This document shows positions 44,566 to 59,078 of a stretch of 64,000 nucleotides of DNA, piece by piece; within the stretch, counting starts at the first letter, position 1, and every line of letters begins with the position of its first letter. The position numbers were made by a program, and so were the translations under genes. The stretch covers positions 248,001 through 312,000 of the forward strand of contig JBNJNM010000022.1 of NCBI GenBank assembly GCA_052426225.1, given 5' to 3'. Under the pieces are notes generated by a model, which was not told the origin of the DNA, did not search any database, and was given only the letters and a program-made list of their open reading frames with translations. This stretch comes from Zancudomyces culisetae HAW-14-8 (Eukaryota > Fungi > Kickxellomycota).

Positions 44566-44771
44566 TGTCGTAGCCGACAGTAGTAATTCTCGATAATAAA
44601 TATTAACGTAAATTGGATAACTTACAAAGAGTCAGAGATAAGGAAATAGGAAGATAAAAAGGCTAAAAAAGGAGTAAGGAAATTAGGGAGTGCGTTTTTG
44701 GTAGAAAGTTAATAGGGTTAGTTAAGTTACATATATCTAAATAAAGTTACAATATAAGTCGCAACACGACA
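44566..44771 (+). mobile_element. Short solo-LTR-like element (206 bp)
   Basis: TGTCG...CGACA termini, 4-bp TSD GTAG (44562-44565, 44772-44775), AATAAA near the right end, ends homologous to 18312-18563. Confidence 0.85.
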
Positions 44772-46655
44772 GTAGGTTATATACAATGTACTGGTGCATT
44801 GATTTTCTACATCGACTGATTGCGATCTATAAAAAAATTCTTTGTAGCCTGCCTTCTAAAATCAGTGTTGTTTTCCTCTGTAGTTTTTTATGCTGAACCC
44901 AGTATCTTTCACTGAATAAAACTGAAATAAAAGCTGTTCAATTTTTGAATGACTTTGTTAGGTGTTTAATTCTCAGTATATTAGCATATATTTCAATATA
45001 TTACTCTAATAACTTATAGTCCTAGGTTTATAAATTCATTAAACAGTTTAAAAAATTTGAAAAAATTTATACTCTACTCCGATCAAAAAGAAAATAACAG
45101 AATTCTTAACACAACTGCTATAACAATTTGTAATATAGCTTATATTTTTCTACCTTGGCAAAAATTTGGGTCTCTTCAAAATTATGTAATATTTAGTGAT
45201 AAAATATCAAAAGTAATTTACAGCTAGCCAAAAAAAAAACTGGGATGCTTAGAAAAAAAAGCTGTATTTTAAATAAAGGTGGTACTGGCTTTTTGTTATA
45301 ACTATGATAGGAAACAAAGAATTTATACCAGATGTCACAAGAAAATGCTTGTACACACACTCAAGGTGTGTTACTACAATAAAATATAGCTTTGTATTTG
45401 TGGTTTGCAAGCTTTTAGCAGATAATGAGTTATTTTGTTCGTATTTTGGTTTTCATTTTCCTGCCCTTCGCTAATAATAAATATAGATGCGATGAACCAA
45501 GAGGTAAAAAAACAAAAGCTGAAAGGATCAACTCGTTTTGAATATTTGCGCCAATCATGCGTTGAAGGAGTATGAATGCTAGACTACTCTTTTTGAGCTA
45601 ACTCTTCTGCATTCCAGAAAGGATTGTATCTTATGATTATTCTCAACCAATAGCTAAAGTGATTGCAGCAATAAACTCTTTTTGTTTGACAACACTTTGC
45701 CTATACTTTCAGTTAAAGAACCAAACGACAAAATTATCCAATTTGCTTGAGGTTCGTCATGAGGTTGTGAACTATCGATGCTTTTAGTTTAGAATATGCA
45801 ATGTTAGTTATTTATTTCTCTGTACGTATAGTTAGTATACATTTTGCCCTCCTGCCTATCTTCAGTTTTAGTAAAGATATAAGTTTCATAATGCAAAATT
45901 ATCAATTACTGTATTAAAATAGTTTTGTTTTTTTGTTTGCAGCAAATAAAGATACAAATGTTTAAGTATATGCTTCTATTAGAGCACTAGCGATAACAAA
46001 TAGTGTACAAGAAAAATAGAAGAATTATAAATATTCAAGTGGAAAACACGCCCTTAAAATGCCCAGCTTGGTTAACTTTTAATTCTCTATTTAGTACAAA
46101 CCTGATTATCACTTAAATGGCAACCGAATGAAGCATGGTTATTTTATTTTACTCTACAACCTAAACTCCTCCAAAAAGTAAAACCACATATAGTTTTAAA
46201 CGCAACTGCTTGCAAAAAACCAATTCAAAATCAGCCTACCTCCGCACATGTACAAGCTTGGAGTTTTGTTATTAAATATGTAAAGAATATCTGCAAGAAT
46301 CCGTAATACTCTGCAGCTAGCTTAAAAGAAAATATTGAGAATATTACCTCTGTACTAGCTTCCACTAGACTGTTCCTAATGGAAAAAGAACAAGTGTTAC
46401 ATACAAATTACATGGGTGTTAGTTTAGGAGCCAACGCACTTTTTTTATAAACTGTTATATCGATTAAATATAAATAGGCTTCAGAACCCACGAGATCGTA
46501 TTTTTACTTATAAGACTGCTTTAAGTATAAATATTTTGATCAAGAACCATTAGGCTAAACAAAAATAACTTAAGAATTACCTATTTGTATTTAAGGAAAC
46601 AAGCAAACTTGAGCACAAAATTTTGAATATCTGACGCAAGCCTTTACTTAGAAGT

Positions 46656-47723
46656 ATGTCTAGACGTAGTAAGAAGCCTGGTGAGAAGTACCAGACTAGT
46701 TTAAACCTAAACATTGAGGCAGAAGCTAATCGTAATAAACACGGGGCTCATCAAAACTCAACTGAGGTAAATAGTACTGCAAACCCACCAGAGGCGCTTA
46801 AAAGACAAAAAAGCAGGTTTATAGTCGAGGAAATCGACCCCAACCTCGCGGGAATATATAGACATGTGGAATACCTTGCAGGTAGGAGGCAGTTAATTTT
46901 AGGCGTAAGACATTCTCAATACCTACTACCGTCCCTATACGCTATATATTGAGTTGATATTAGATCCTGGTTTTATTTTATAACACATTTTATAAAAAAA
47001 TCATACCTGTTGCTTTGAAGATTTGAAATATGCAAGATGTGTTTACAGTACTACCACAGCGAGTCGTTTAATATTTAACCAGTTTCTGCACTTTCTAGGC
47101 TAATGAACTTAATTTGAAAACGAAAACCCAAGGCATCTTTCTCTTGGTTCCTGAGCTTGGGAATGCTTACTGTTTTACTACCACAGCATTTAATCCGGTA
47201 ATTTCCACAACCGAGGGAAAGAATCTGCTTGATGAAATCATGACTATGGCTTTTGGTAGTACAAATAGCATTGAGTTTATGGAAATGGTCAGAAAAATGA
47301 ATTCCGATTGTGATCCAAACGTGGATCCGGCTATGGCAAATCCTGATAACTCGAGTGTTGCAGAATCCATATTGAATTTACAAGATAGCAATGTAATTGT
47401 TGAAGATGTACACTGTGAACTTTATAGATTAGGATCCGCTAACTGTGAAACCGATACTTATAGTACCAGATATCCAGAGCAAAGATTATTCGACGACATA
47501 GAGGATCTACATGAACTCGCCACAATGCCATCAGGTAATAATAGGAAAGAGCAGATTTTCTCTAAACCGAGAGATACAGATGCCATTATTTACGCTACGG
47601 AGACAATTAAGTACATTAGAAATGCGCGTCGTCAAAATAATGAAGAGAAATGATATTCAGAATGACAAGGATGAAATAGCTAACTCAGAATGTCTAGGAG
47701 AAGCAGTTTATGAGGATCAATAA
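46656..47723 (+). other. Fragmented hypothetical coding region (spliced gene or decayed gene)
   Basis: Consecutive same-strand ORFs of 98, 179 and 70 aa with coding-like composition. No clean splice model or family found. Confidence 0.3.
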
Positions 47724-48227
47724 AAATGCTGTTGATGAGGTTGGTATTTGTGGGCATTGAAGTTCCGAGAATTCTGGCAAAATTGAATTGATTCTGCTAT
47801 ATTTTGTTAATTTTTAATTTTTGAGTGGCAAATTTGTTACAATTTAAACCTTAGCTTCAAAATGAACCAGAAAATGTTTAGCAATTAAGTAATATTGGAA
47901 TAGTATCTCAATATCTAAAGAAAAATAGGCAAGTAAATAGCTGGAACAAGATAGCAGATTAATTTGTAAAAACACAATAAACTAACCTTGGCACCACACT
48001 CGGATAGTAGTATACTTAAATATTATTTGTACAATTTACAACTTATTAGCCATGAGCTAGTAGGTACAAAGTTGATGTCTCAATCTAGAACATCCACCAG
48101 ATAAGTTACAAAAATAAGAAAAACTTACTTCAAGCACAAGAAAAAATTATAAAAAGCGTCTAAAATGTGTATTCGAGTTTAGCGGACGTGGAGGCTCTCC
48201 CTGGTGACTAAACATAACTCTCACGCC

Positions 48228-48590
48228 GAACAAGATTGCCCATTGTCCCATTTCCTATTCGATGAATACATTAACAATATATTTAGTTAGATAAAAGGAG
48301 TACAGTACCAGGATTGCTTAACTTGAAACTTCTAGCATCAAATATAACACCGAGTTTACTCTTTGCAGACGACTTTGTTGTTTTGGCTGAAACACTAGAA
48401 GAAATGGAATTTACTTTAGCTACTATAACCAACCGGGCTGGAAAGTTTGAAATGTCGGTAAACGCTGGAAAATGCAGGATTATGGCAACTAAAACAGAAA
48501 ATATTATTATATTAAAAATCTAAATAATAATGTGCTTATTGTGGGGATATACCTAGTCTTTGGTTTAATCCTTGATAATAAATGGGAATC
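48228..48590 (+). mobile_element. Non-LTR (LINE) reverse transcriptase relic
   Basis: QDCPLSHFLFDEYINNIF (cf. QGCPLSPLLFNIYINDL) followed by LLFADDFVVLAE...MSVNAGKC, with stops and frameshifts. Confidence 0.8.
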
Positions 48591-49927
48591 ATAAGAAATA
48601 ATTAATAATGATAAGAAAATTTTGAAGCTTTTTATCGAGCTTATTTGATTTTAAAAAGCAATAATATACCAATTATCAAAAATATAAAATCTATGCAATT
48701 GACTTTACTACAAACTGAAGGGGAGGGTGTAGCGACAGGACCAACTTCTTCAGGGGAATTAAAATAATTTAGTGATCGATTCATGGGGAAGAGTAAAACC
48801 AGCACACTATCCTTAATTAAGCTGGATAAGTATCTTGAAATAGTATACAAATTTAAAAACACGATTAAACTCAGATTGTGATGGAATCACAAATTTTCTC
48901 TCAACAGTTTAATTTTGCTGCGGATTGTATTATTTCACAATGCGCTACTAAAAATAGGGAAATCTAGCTATCCCTCAAAAGTAATTCTGACACTTTCTTC
49001 CATAGCATTCTGATTAGAATAATTTACCTTGATTATCAACAAAAACCGTAATAGTGAATTGTTTTCTCTGAAATAATGTATTGTAAGTATGAATCCTTAC
49101 TGTGTGAGGTAAAACTGGACCTTATTATTGATATTTTGCAGGATTTTTTTCAGCATTTATTAGCAACTGAATATGTCAATAAAAAAACTGGACTCCTTTC
49201 TATTATTTAAATAGGATTACTGAGCCCACAATTGGCTACTAATCTCTGCGCAGAAACAGGTATGTGAGGTGTATCAATATGTTTATTATTTTTAAATGAC
49301 GCATTATTTCAGCTCGTTTAAAGAAATTAAAAAATTCTGATTTAAAAAATTAACTATTTGTGAATCAGAGCATATCCACAATTTCTAGTGAAATTAAGTG
49401 CTGTAATTTTGTGCACATAACACATCACAAAGATAGTATAACGTGGAAATAAAAAAATCTATTAGTTTGGTAATTTGAAGTAGTGGTTCGGGTCATAGCA
49501 TTTAGTACCAGCTATCTTTAGAAGATTTCCGCAATGATTACAACTTTTGTTTTTTTAGAACACTGACCTTTTATTTTATTTTTTGGTTTTTTATTCAGAA
49601 TATGAGGTATCATAATTAGTCAGCATATCATAAAAATGTTATCGTGCCTTTTTTTTGGTATATGAGATTTCCTTACAATTGTGAGATGTTAATGACATTG
49701 AAAAGAACGACTTGATAAAATACTCGACTTTAATAAACCGTAAACTGCGGATTTACTGTGCTTTTATGTTTATGAATGCAAGCCAAGCAATATTTTAGTA
49801 TAAATACTTGACCAGTTTCTAGGAAAGTCACTAAAATAAATCATTGATCTAGCTTAGAAAATATCGATAGTATAGTTATCACTATAATTGAAACAACAAA
49901 TAACACTTTCAAAACATTAAATAAAAA

Positions 49928-50122
49928 ATGGATCTCCTTTGTGGATTGGGAAAAAACTCCAAAAAGAGTATTGATTCCGAAAATACTGTAAAAAACGTTG
50001 CAGAAAGCATCAAAAGCAATGAAAGCGCTAAGACTGTCACAAAAAAAGCTGATCCTGTAACTAAAGTAGGCTACTATTCAACATCTGGACACCTTGATGA
50101 GGCAAGAAGCCACGTTTATTAG
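49928..50122 (+). CDS. Possible small protein (64 aa)
   Basis: AAAAATGG start context, A-rich leader, coding-like K/S/E composition. Confidence 0.35.
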   Translation: MDLLCGLGKNSKKSIDSENTVKNVAESIKSNESAKTVTKKADPVTKVGYYSTSGHLDEARSHVY

Positions 50123-50939
50123 CTGAACAACTAGGTAGGGAAAAATCTCTTGAAGCTGCCATATATATATATCGTACTATATTGTATTGTATAACTAATA
50201 TTCAATGGTAAAATGATAGGGTTTAGTTATGAGCTTTATTGAATTTTATCACAAAGCTGCAAAGATAACAGCAGGTAAAATACGGGAAATATCATATCAA
50301 TCAGGCCATAAGCCAGCCACGCCTAGTTGGGTGCGTGTTGCATTCAGAAGTATTTCCTGGATATCATAGCTATACGATTTTCAAAAATGTTGTAAAGGTA
50401 GAATAAAATGGATGTGTAAATAGCTTGAGAATAGCATCAATTTTTCAACATTAGTGAGTTGAATCAATATATATGTTTGGTAATAGTTTTGAATTTATAT
50501 TTTTTCTTGCAAAGTGAATTGAGTGAATAAATATAACATAAAACATTTAAAATGAATTATTATATAAATATACATATAATATCTAACCAACCCATACCCA
50601 TCCTGTTGGAGGCTTTATATCCGTTAGGAGTTAATACAAAATGAGTTTTTATACTTTCAAACTATCAAGGATAATTAATCAACATTAATAGGACTACGAT
50701 CAAGAAATCTGTTGCGTTTAGCTCGACTAGGAGTATTATTTCTATTCTCCTTTTAGTTATGGATAGTAGCCATTTTTTGCGACTGGTTTCCCCATCCTGC
50801 GAAGTACTTAATTACATTGTTGAGGCAAATTCATATGGCACATACAACGACATTGAATATGGTGGAACTATCTATATACTTCACAAAATAAAGGCTAGTA
50901 TGGTGCACGATACGCATAAAAAGATAACAAAATTAGAAC

Positions 50940-52330
50940 TGGTTAACCAAAGCTTTGAAATTGTATTACTACCGATAGGACATGAGGCAAGTGTTAATTC
51001 GTATGAAAGATGATTCGATGAGCTTGAAAAAGTAATCAAACTATAGTTGGGATGCTAGAATACTAGATGAGGAGTGATGATGAAGTATCCGAAAGTCCAG
51101 CATATGGTCGCACCAGTATGACGTGTTTGCTAATAGAAGTTAAAACTGTTAAATTGCTTGTAAAAGAAAGATTATTTGAATTATCCAGAACGGAATAATA
51201 TCTGGATCCCATATAGTTTGGGTCTCACAAGATCATTAAAACACTTTTTGAATAACGATTCCGTGGCAAATAGTTTTAATCATTATCAACTATAGTACGT
51301 GAATACAACAGAAAACTTAAATTGATAAACATAGCTCCTAGATACTTCTGTGGTCTGATAGTGCTAGAAGGTAAAGAATAACATAAATATATAGAAAAAA
51401 ACGTTAGAAACTGTCTCTTGTTTGGATCATAAAGACACCGCTTATTCTGGATAATACACGACTATTAAAACCTTAGTCAAAAAAAACAATCCAGTACAGG
51501 ATAACAATTTTTTAGATGGCATCGAGGTGAAAGTTTTAGTAGCTAACATTGAAATAGCGCAAACTACTACTGACTTAAAAAATCGGACTAAATAGCGATC
51601 ATAAAACTTTGAGAACCGTCATAAAATTCAAAAAAATCGAGGTGGTAAAACTTGTCTTGAAGAGGATATTGGTAAAGCGTTAACAATAGAACCGGTATTG
51701 TGGGTATAGCACTTTGAGAATAAAGCATCGAAATGTGTGGTTTTTATCGTGATGATATAAATGCAGGCAGTGATCGGTGCTTTTTTAGCAATCAACTTTA
51801 GTCTAAGTTACATCGAAGCGTTCAATTAATGTTGATCTGTAGTCCTGAGATTGGTAGTGGTACATATTCACCCGGATCAACCATCAATAAAATTGACGGA
51901 GAAACATATGTTGGTTTTGAAAGGTGGTATTATGTTTAAAAGTGTTGAGAAAATTGCCCTCTGCCCACACAAGAACAACCTTTATTCATGCAAAAACAAC
52001 AACCTGGAGATCCTGAAATTAATAATTGATGCTGATATTATTAAATATGTTAACTTTTAGTAACATGGCTATTGGGGGTTGAATCAATAGCGATGCAAAG
52101 ATTTCGGAGACTTTTGATTGAAAATAATACGGCCCTGGTGCTAAATAAGAGTTAAGAGTTCAAGGAAACATATGACATTAAAGGGGCAGAAGCTATCAAA
52201 CAACTAATTGCGTGTGGCATCAAAGAGGTATCTAAAGTTGAATCTGTCAAAGCAGAGCAGTTATCTTGAATCGATGAAAAGGAGAATAAGCCTTCTTAAA
52301 CAGTGGAAGAGTGGAAGAGTGGAAGAGTGG
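50940..52330 (+). mobile_element. Heavily decayed Ty3/Gypsy pol relic
   Basis: FEIVLLPIGHEASVNSYER (cf. RT YEYLVMPFGLxNAPATFQR), HIHPDQPSIKLTEK (cf. integrase YHPQTNGLTER), and a purine-rich GTGGAAGA repeat near 52303-52330. Confidence 0.45.
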
Positions 52331-55010
52331 GGTTGGCTAGGTAAAAAATAGAATATGGGTTTTTTAGCTACATGAGAACATGTGGCTCTTACAAAAATCG
52401 CAGTATAAGTTACAAATTCCGTTGAATGTAGCACCATAGGCTATTTTATTTTTTACACGCGCCCACTAAAAGTTGAGATATGCTCAACACCCAAACCTAG
52501 CATGATCTCAGCTTGCACTAAGATGTCACCACTTTTACGTTTGCCTTTTTCTCCATATGTTCGCTATGTAGAACAAGAAGAACATACAAGCCACGTAACA
52601 TACTTACGGAATCTTAGAACTTATTAAGCTTAACTTTTGAACACACAAAGACACTTGATGGGTGATTCTGTTTTTTATGTCTGAGGTTTTTGAATGGCTG
52701 TTTAGAACTTAGCGAAAATATTTCCATTTTAAAAACCTATCGTATTTTCTTAGGTTTCAATGCGACCTATATATGAAAATAAATAAAATTCAAAGTCTGT
52801 AGAAAAACCAATTATTTGCGGAACTTAAAAACTTAAGACTTTCATATATAACTAAAATAAGAACTGACAATTTAATTTTGCAGGTCGCCGAAACATCCCC
52901 TTAATAGTGGTTTAATGGTTTAGATACAAAGTTTGCTGATAAACTTGATTTATTTCCTCCCCCCGTACAAATCCAGTACGTTTTTTACTAATTATGAACA
53001 TCAAAATAGCATTTAGCCCTTAACAATAGTGTACAACTCTTAGCAATAACATGAAACTATCTCAAAAGAAATACTGGGGCATTCACTCGCCCTATTACCT
53101 CGCTATTCTCTATAACCCTGCTAGTAGTTTTATAGTTAAAAGCCTTTCACACTTATGTTTACTTCCTCTTTTTTAATTCCTTTCTTTACCCAAAGTATTC
53201 GTCAGTTGAAAAAGCACTCCAATAAAAAAAAAAGTACAACAGCTAATTGTGTAAGCCTATAGAAAGACTAGCTGACTTTTTTATCTCTGTAAAGAGTTTA
53301 AACCTTCTTGCTAGAATAATTCGAATACAACAACGGCTTACGACTTAAAACCTGAAATAACCCCAAGCTTCCACTCGTTGATGTTATTTTTCATCTCTTT
53401 CATTCATGCTATGTGATCAGCGTTTTTACCTGCATCCAAGCTGCAAAAAACAAAAAAATATTGGCTAATAAACTGTCTTTCTCTTTAGAATGTTGTGTCT
53501 ACCAAACCACAAGCATGTGATGTCGAGTTTCTTTATTTTTTCCTCTTTGCTTCTAATAATTATAAGAAGTATGCTCACAACAGGGGTCGCTTTCGAAAAA
53601 AATACTCCTGCTTGCCAGGATGTTTGTCTGCACTCAGTTACTTACACGTATGTTCTCATGACAATAATGATACAACAGTTTATTTAGAATTATTAAAGCT
53701 TCAATACCTTATATCTTCACCGAATTAATAATCGATTTTGGCCTAATTTATCTAGTACACTAAAGCTAAGGTTGATAATAAAAGACACTGAGAGGCTTGA
53801 ACCCTGTTTTTTTATAAAACAAACCTTATCATCAATAACTGCATGAGTATGGTGTTCAAAATGACTCATAAATTCTCTTTAGCCTTTCACATACCTGTAT
53901 TTTTTCTGGTTATATTAATAATAAGCTTTCGTCCAGCTAAAAGAACTAGTAAATAAATAAAAAATGTATCATACTCTTTTCATACACTATCCTCACGAGC
54001 TGGTGGTTCCTTTTTTGTATACACACACATACATTCTCAAACACTATTTCCAAATGTGTGCGCATATTTTTATGCCGACTACTGTATTCTACATCGTATA
54101 TAGTTAGTTACTGATTTATCTGCAACACAGCTTTTGCAATAGTAAAATCAACTATCGGCATATTACATATAAACTCGAACTATTTAAATGTCTATCACTG
54201 TTCACACCTTTGTAAGCCTAGCTTAACTGGATATCACTTTAAGGCGTTGTAATAACCCACTGAAAGGAAAATAAGAATTTTGCAATCAAATAAATAACCC
54301 AATATGTCCTGTTTAAGAAGTTACAGTTAGATATACATAAGCATACTTACAAACATTGGGCCTTTTGGGTAGGCTTATAGCACTGTTCTCCTACTCCAAT
54401 ACTCGCCATCTATCTCTATATTAGAGTACTCCTCCCCCTCCCGTTTTATCTTATATTTCATATGCATGGTTATTGATTATATTAGTGACACCACAGGTTT
54501 TATTCCATTTCTTCACTGTTAGTCATTGCTTTCAGTCACATTACCCGAAAAAAAATCTGGAAAATGATTTTCCTGTTTAGGCTCGTAATTTTTTAATAAT
54601 AGAAATCGGTTTTAACCTTAGCCTTACCTTTATTCCATTCACTAAAATTCTGGTAGTTATAACCCTACGGATGCAAATCTGGGCTACAGCGCGTAAACCT
54701 AAATGCTCGCAAAATAAAAAGCATCCACATGTACATCAAACCTGTTTTTGAAATCATTGTATATCAGGGATATACGGGTCCAGATATGAGAGTCTTCTAT
54801 TAATACTGACTCCTTCAACCAGCAAAAATGGTATTACCAACAACCCATTTTGTCATCTTGTCAGCAGATTTTTTCTTTATCTTTTTTTAGAAAGGTGAGG
54901 AAAAGCAAAGAAAGTATCAAAGTAGTACAGTACATATTCACCCATTGGTATTGTGCTCGAATATATAAATCGCAGCTGGTTGTATATCTAAAAAAAATTA
55001 CACACTTGCA

Positions 55011-56134
55011 GTGGCATTGCGTTCGCAATGTACACAGCGAGCTACCTAGTAATAAATGAAACGGGCGTTTCACATTTCACAATAATCATCGGTGGCATCC
55101 TAGGGGTTTTTTCAGCAGTATTATGGACCGGATAGGGAATGCTGATGACAGCATATCCGCTCGAAAACGAAAAGGGAAATTTTATATGTATTTTCTGGGT
55201 GATATTCAGCATCGGTGGTGTATTGGGCAGCGTAATACCCATGGTGTTAGGCTTGGAAAACAAACAACTGCCAAATTCTGGATATGGTGCGTTTTTAGTA
55301 ATTCGGCTTTTTCATGCGTTTTTGGCTTTATGCCTATCACCACCATCAAGAGTACTCCGATCAGATTACACACATATATCCTTGGAAAACTCTCAAAATA
55401 TCGTTATTGAGCTCAAAGAGACATTGAAGTTATTTACCAACAAAAATATGTTGCTGATAGTCCCACTTTCGCTTTACTCCAACTTTTATGTCGCCTATTA
55501 GTTTGGCGTATATAATATAAAAAACTTTGAAACAATGTCAAGAGGGTTCAAAAACGCGACATACTTCCTCTCAGCAATGGTCTCTTCGTTCATATTCTCC
55601 AAACTACTTGATTCTAAGCTTTCTAGAAAAAAAAGAGGATTTATATCGGTACTTACACTGTATGGCTTTTTGAATGCGGTTTGGATACTAGCATACTTCC
55701 AGCACATAAAGTTTGAGGCAGTACTCAGTGAGCACCAAGGGCACATACACACACCTGTTCTATTCAACTACAAATCTACAGGAAGTGAATATATACTACC
55801 ATGCCTAATATATTCGTTTTTTGGAATGCCTGATGCGATGATCCAGAGTTTGCTTATATGGTTGATCGGCTGCCTTGATTCTAACAACATTTTTCTGTCA
55901 AGATATTTTGCATTTATGAAAAGTGTTCAAAGTATTGGCTCGGGGATTGCATGGGCTCTTAATGCAAATAAGATAAGTACAACGGCACAGTTTTTTATAA
56001 CCTTTTCGCTTCACTTGCTTTCAATACCAAGCACACTGTACCTGTGTTCTGTTATTCAAAGTACTGAAGAGATTAAGGAAAGTTTAACCAAAAAAGACGA
56101 GATAGCATCAGTTGAAGAGAAAGGAAGTCCTTGA
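55011..56134 (+). pseudogene. UNC-93-like MFS transporter pseudogene
   Basis: One frame GIAFAMYTASYL...VLWTG*GMLMTAYP...KGNFICIFWVIF...NFYVAY*FG...KSVQSIGSGIAW with in-frame TAG at 55133-55135 and 55499-55501. Upstream exons look decayed. Confidence 0.8.
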
Positions 56135-56541
56135 ATTTTTTGGCTAGGTCAACAAAAACCGTATCATAGCGGCCTGGCTAGGCTAGAATCTGTAACAAAC
56201 TCGGATTTTCATACCTTGATTTTTAAGTGTGTACATATAAATTTCCACTATACAGAGTTAGGCATACCATTGTTATAACTAGTACACTTTTCTCATATTC
56301 AACTACATACCTTTTTTAAAAAACATAAAAAAAATAAAAATAAAAACTTTCAATCGAAAAAAAAAAAAAAACTTTCAATTGATTGATAGGTAATGATATT
56401 TAATTTGTAAACTTTTAATGGATTACACTAGATTTATTAAACTTTTTTTTAACAGTTCAAATTCCATCTCGACTTTACCATGAAATTTGTAAAAAGTGCC
56501 ATTTTTTTTAGTAGATAACTGAACAACTCACGGCAAAGATA

Positions 56542-56859
56542 TTATCCACCAAAGCCGTACAAGGTTTTTCCTTGTCTTTTCAGAGCGTATACAACGTTCA
56601 TGGATGTGACAGTCTTTTGTTTTTCGTGTTCGGTGTATGTTACAGCGTCTCTAAGGGCATTTTCCAAGAATGACTTGGGAACGGTTCTGGTCTCTTCGTG
56701 AATAAATCCGGAGATACGCTTGACACCACCACGACGGGCAAGTCTTCTAATGACTGGTTTGGTTATTCCTTGGATGTTGTCTCCTAGAATCTTTCTGTGA
56801 TGCTTGGCTCCTGCCTTTCCTAATCCCTACCCTCTTCCTCTCGTCCTACTTAACAGCAT
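56542..56859 (-). pseudogene. Histone H4 pseudogene
   Basis: ...[101 protein letters not shown] at 56827-56829 and many substitutions at near-invariant residues. Confidence 0.9.
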
Positions 56860-57167
56860 TATAATGAAATTTACTGCGCTACGGTAAACATCGTCATGCT
56901 TGCATTCAAGAAGTTTCAAATAGTAAACGCAACAAAAAAAGTTTTTTTTTGCTCTCTTTGGAACATTACTACAAACAATCATATTTCCTAATTTTCTTTT
57001 ACTCAAATAGGATCTTTTTAACTAGGGTCTATCTGGTTTTTTATTTATTTACTTTGGAAATACTTTAATTACAACCCAACTATTCATAGTTTAGTGGAAA
57101 AATAAGTGTAGTTGCCAGTATAGTAATCCACTGGCCGGGAAAGCTAGGATTCTACTCTATAAAATAT

Positions 57168-57947
57168 TCAGTTATTTACACGCAGAAGCTGTCGGCTCTC
57201 CAAGTATTGCAAAATAAGTTCAACTGACTGCTCGATATCTGTTTGATCTGTCCTGATATGAATGTCTGGATTTTCGGGCTTTTCATAAGGTGATGAAATT
57301 CCTGTGAACTCTGTAGAAGCGATAGGTAAAAATTATAGATTAGATTGTGTTATTTACTGCAGGTTTCTCCATTACAACCAAACTTTTTTTCTAAAAAAAA
57401 AAACTAGCAAGTAAATATGGTAGTATTTAGTAGCTACAGCTAGATTCGTATTCTTACCTTTGATTTTTCCTGCTCTTGCTAGCTTGTAAAGACCTTTAGG
57501 GTCCCTATTCTCTGCAACTTCTAGTGGTGCATCTACAAAGACTTCCACAAAATCTAACCCATCATCTACATGGATTGACCTGGCTCTATTTCTATCCTCT
57601 GCTATCGGACTAATAAATGATGCAAGGCAAAGAATATTGGCGTCAGCAAATAGCTTTGCGATTTCTGAAATTCGTCTAATATTCTCGGTTCTATCACTTT
57701 CACTGAACCCTAGATCTTTGTTTATTCCGAACCGAATGTTATCACCATCCAGCACATATGACATGTAGCCTAGCTCCACAAGTCTCTGCTCCAGCCGGCA
57801 CGCTATTGTAGATTTGCCTGAAGCTGATAGTCCTGTAAACCATATAGTTGCACCTTTGTATCCATTTGTTTTGTTTCTTTCTTCTCTTGTTACTGAACTG
57901 GTGTGCCAAACAATGTTTCGCTTCTCGTCAATTTTACCTTGTGTCAT
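57168..57947 (-). CDS. MET14: Adenylyl-sulfate kinase, 2 exons
   Basis: Exons 57947-57458 and 57310-57168. P-loop [36 protein letters not shown]. Confidence 0.96.
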
Positions 57948-58810
57948 TTTTGTCTCGGTTGGGTTAGTTTCTGTAATGGGTTTATTTCCTGCAGAAAATG
58001 TTAATGGTTTGCTGCTTTTTTCTTATTCTACAATTTTGTTTTCTTATATACGCACTCTTTCAAAAGAAAATTTTCAGAGTGAGCCCCAGCTTATTTATAG
58101 GAAGTAGCCACATACATAGAATATTAACTATTTATATTTATAATTTACACCAGAATGCAAAAGCTTGAGCAACTATACCAATCTGCGCCTATTAGCACTG
58201 AAACAGCGTTTTCACATAATACTATAACCCTCGTTTTTTTGTCCTTCCCCCCCCCTCCTCTTTCCTATATTTTTAAAGCAAATATTCCAGTATTGTATTG
58301 TGGAATTATTTGATCCATTTCTCTTTTAATTGGCTGCGTATTACAACACCAGGCTAGAAAACTTGTGAATGTAAAACACTTTGGTCAATAAAGTATAATC
58401 CAAATTTGAAAACGTGATTTACAAATATAATTGCGAAAATTTGCAATTTAGCAATTTGTTCTTTTGCTTATTAAAACCTCGAATTGAATTCGCTTAATAA
58501 AATTCGTCATTTGGGAGATACTGACGTTTATGCATAATAGGCTTTCCAAAAGATTCTCTTATCTCTATCCTTTCCCCTCACCATTCACCAAGTAAAATAT
58601 ACACCTAGAATGCTTAATAATCAAGTGCCCATATGGAACGAATACTGTTCTAGCTTTATAGAGTTGGTTATCTGGTAACAGCGTTTTTTTTTTCTCAGAC
58701 TTTTGATCGTGGTCTCATAGTTTGCCAGATTACTTTAGATATAGATCTAATATTTTAGTACAAGTCAATTAACCTTCGAGGATTAGGGGGTTGGGTTTTA
58801 GTGTGAATTC

Positions 58811-58818
58811 TCACGTGA
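58811..58818. promoter_or_regulatory. Possible Cbf1-type E-box upstream of MET14
   Basis: TCACGTGA about 860 bp upstream of the MET14 ATG. Cbf1 regulates MET genes in budding yeast, but an 8-mer can occur by chance. Confidence 0.25.
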
Positions 58819-59078
58819 CTAGCTAGCAGTTACCATTCAACATATACTTGTGCTTACAAAAAAAATATATCGCCTTTCAGTTTAAACATTTTTTCAATCC
58901 TCTAGAATACATATATATGTGTATATCAACAAAAAAAAACTACCATAATTACTGAAAAAAACAAATATATAACAAAAAAAGACTAACTTCATGAATTCTT
59001 ACTGAAAGAAAAAAAAACTAGCCACCTTTGGTAGTACCAAAGCCATCTATAAGGTCAGGGTAACGAGTAGAAGCCCTG

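Noticed and set aside
55133-55501. Genome-wide TAG reassignment to Gln
   Set aside because: Several conserved genes in the window terminate at TAG at the expected position.
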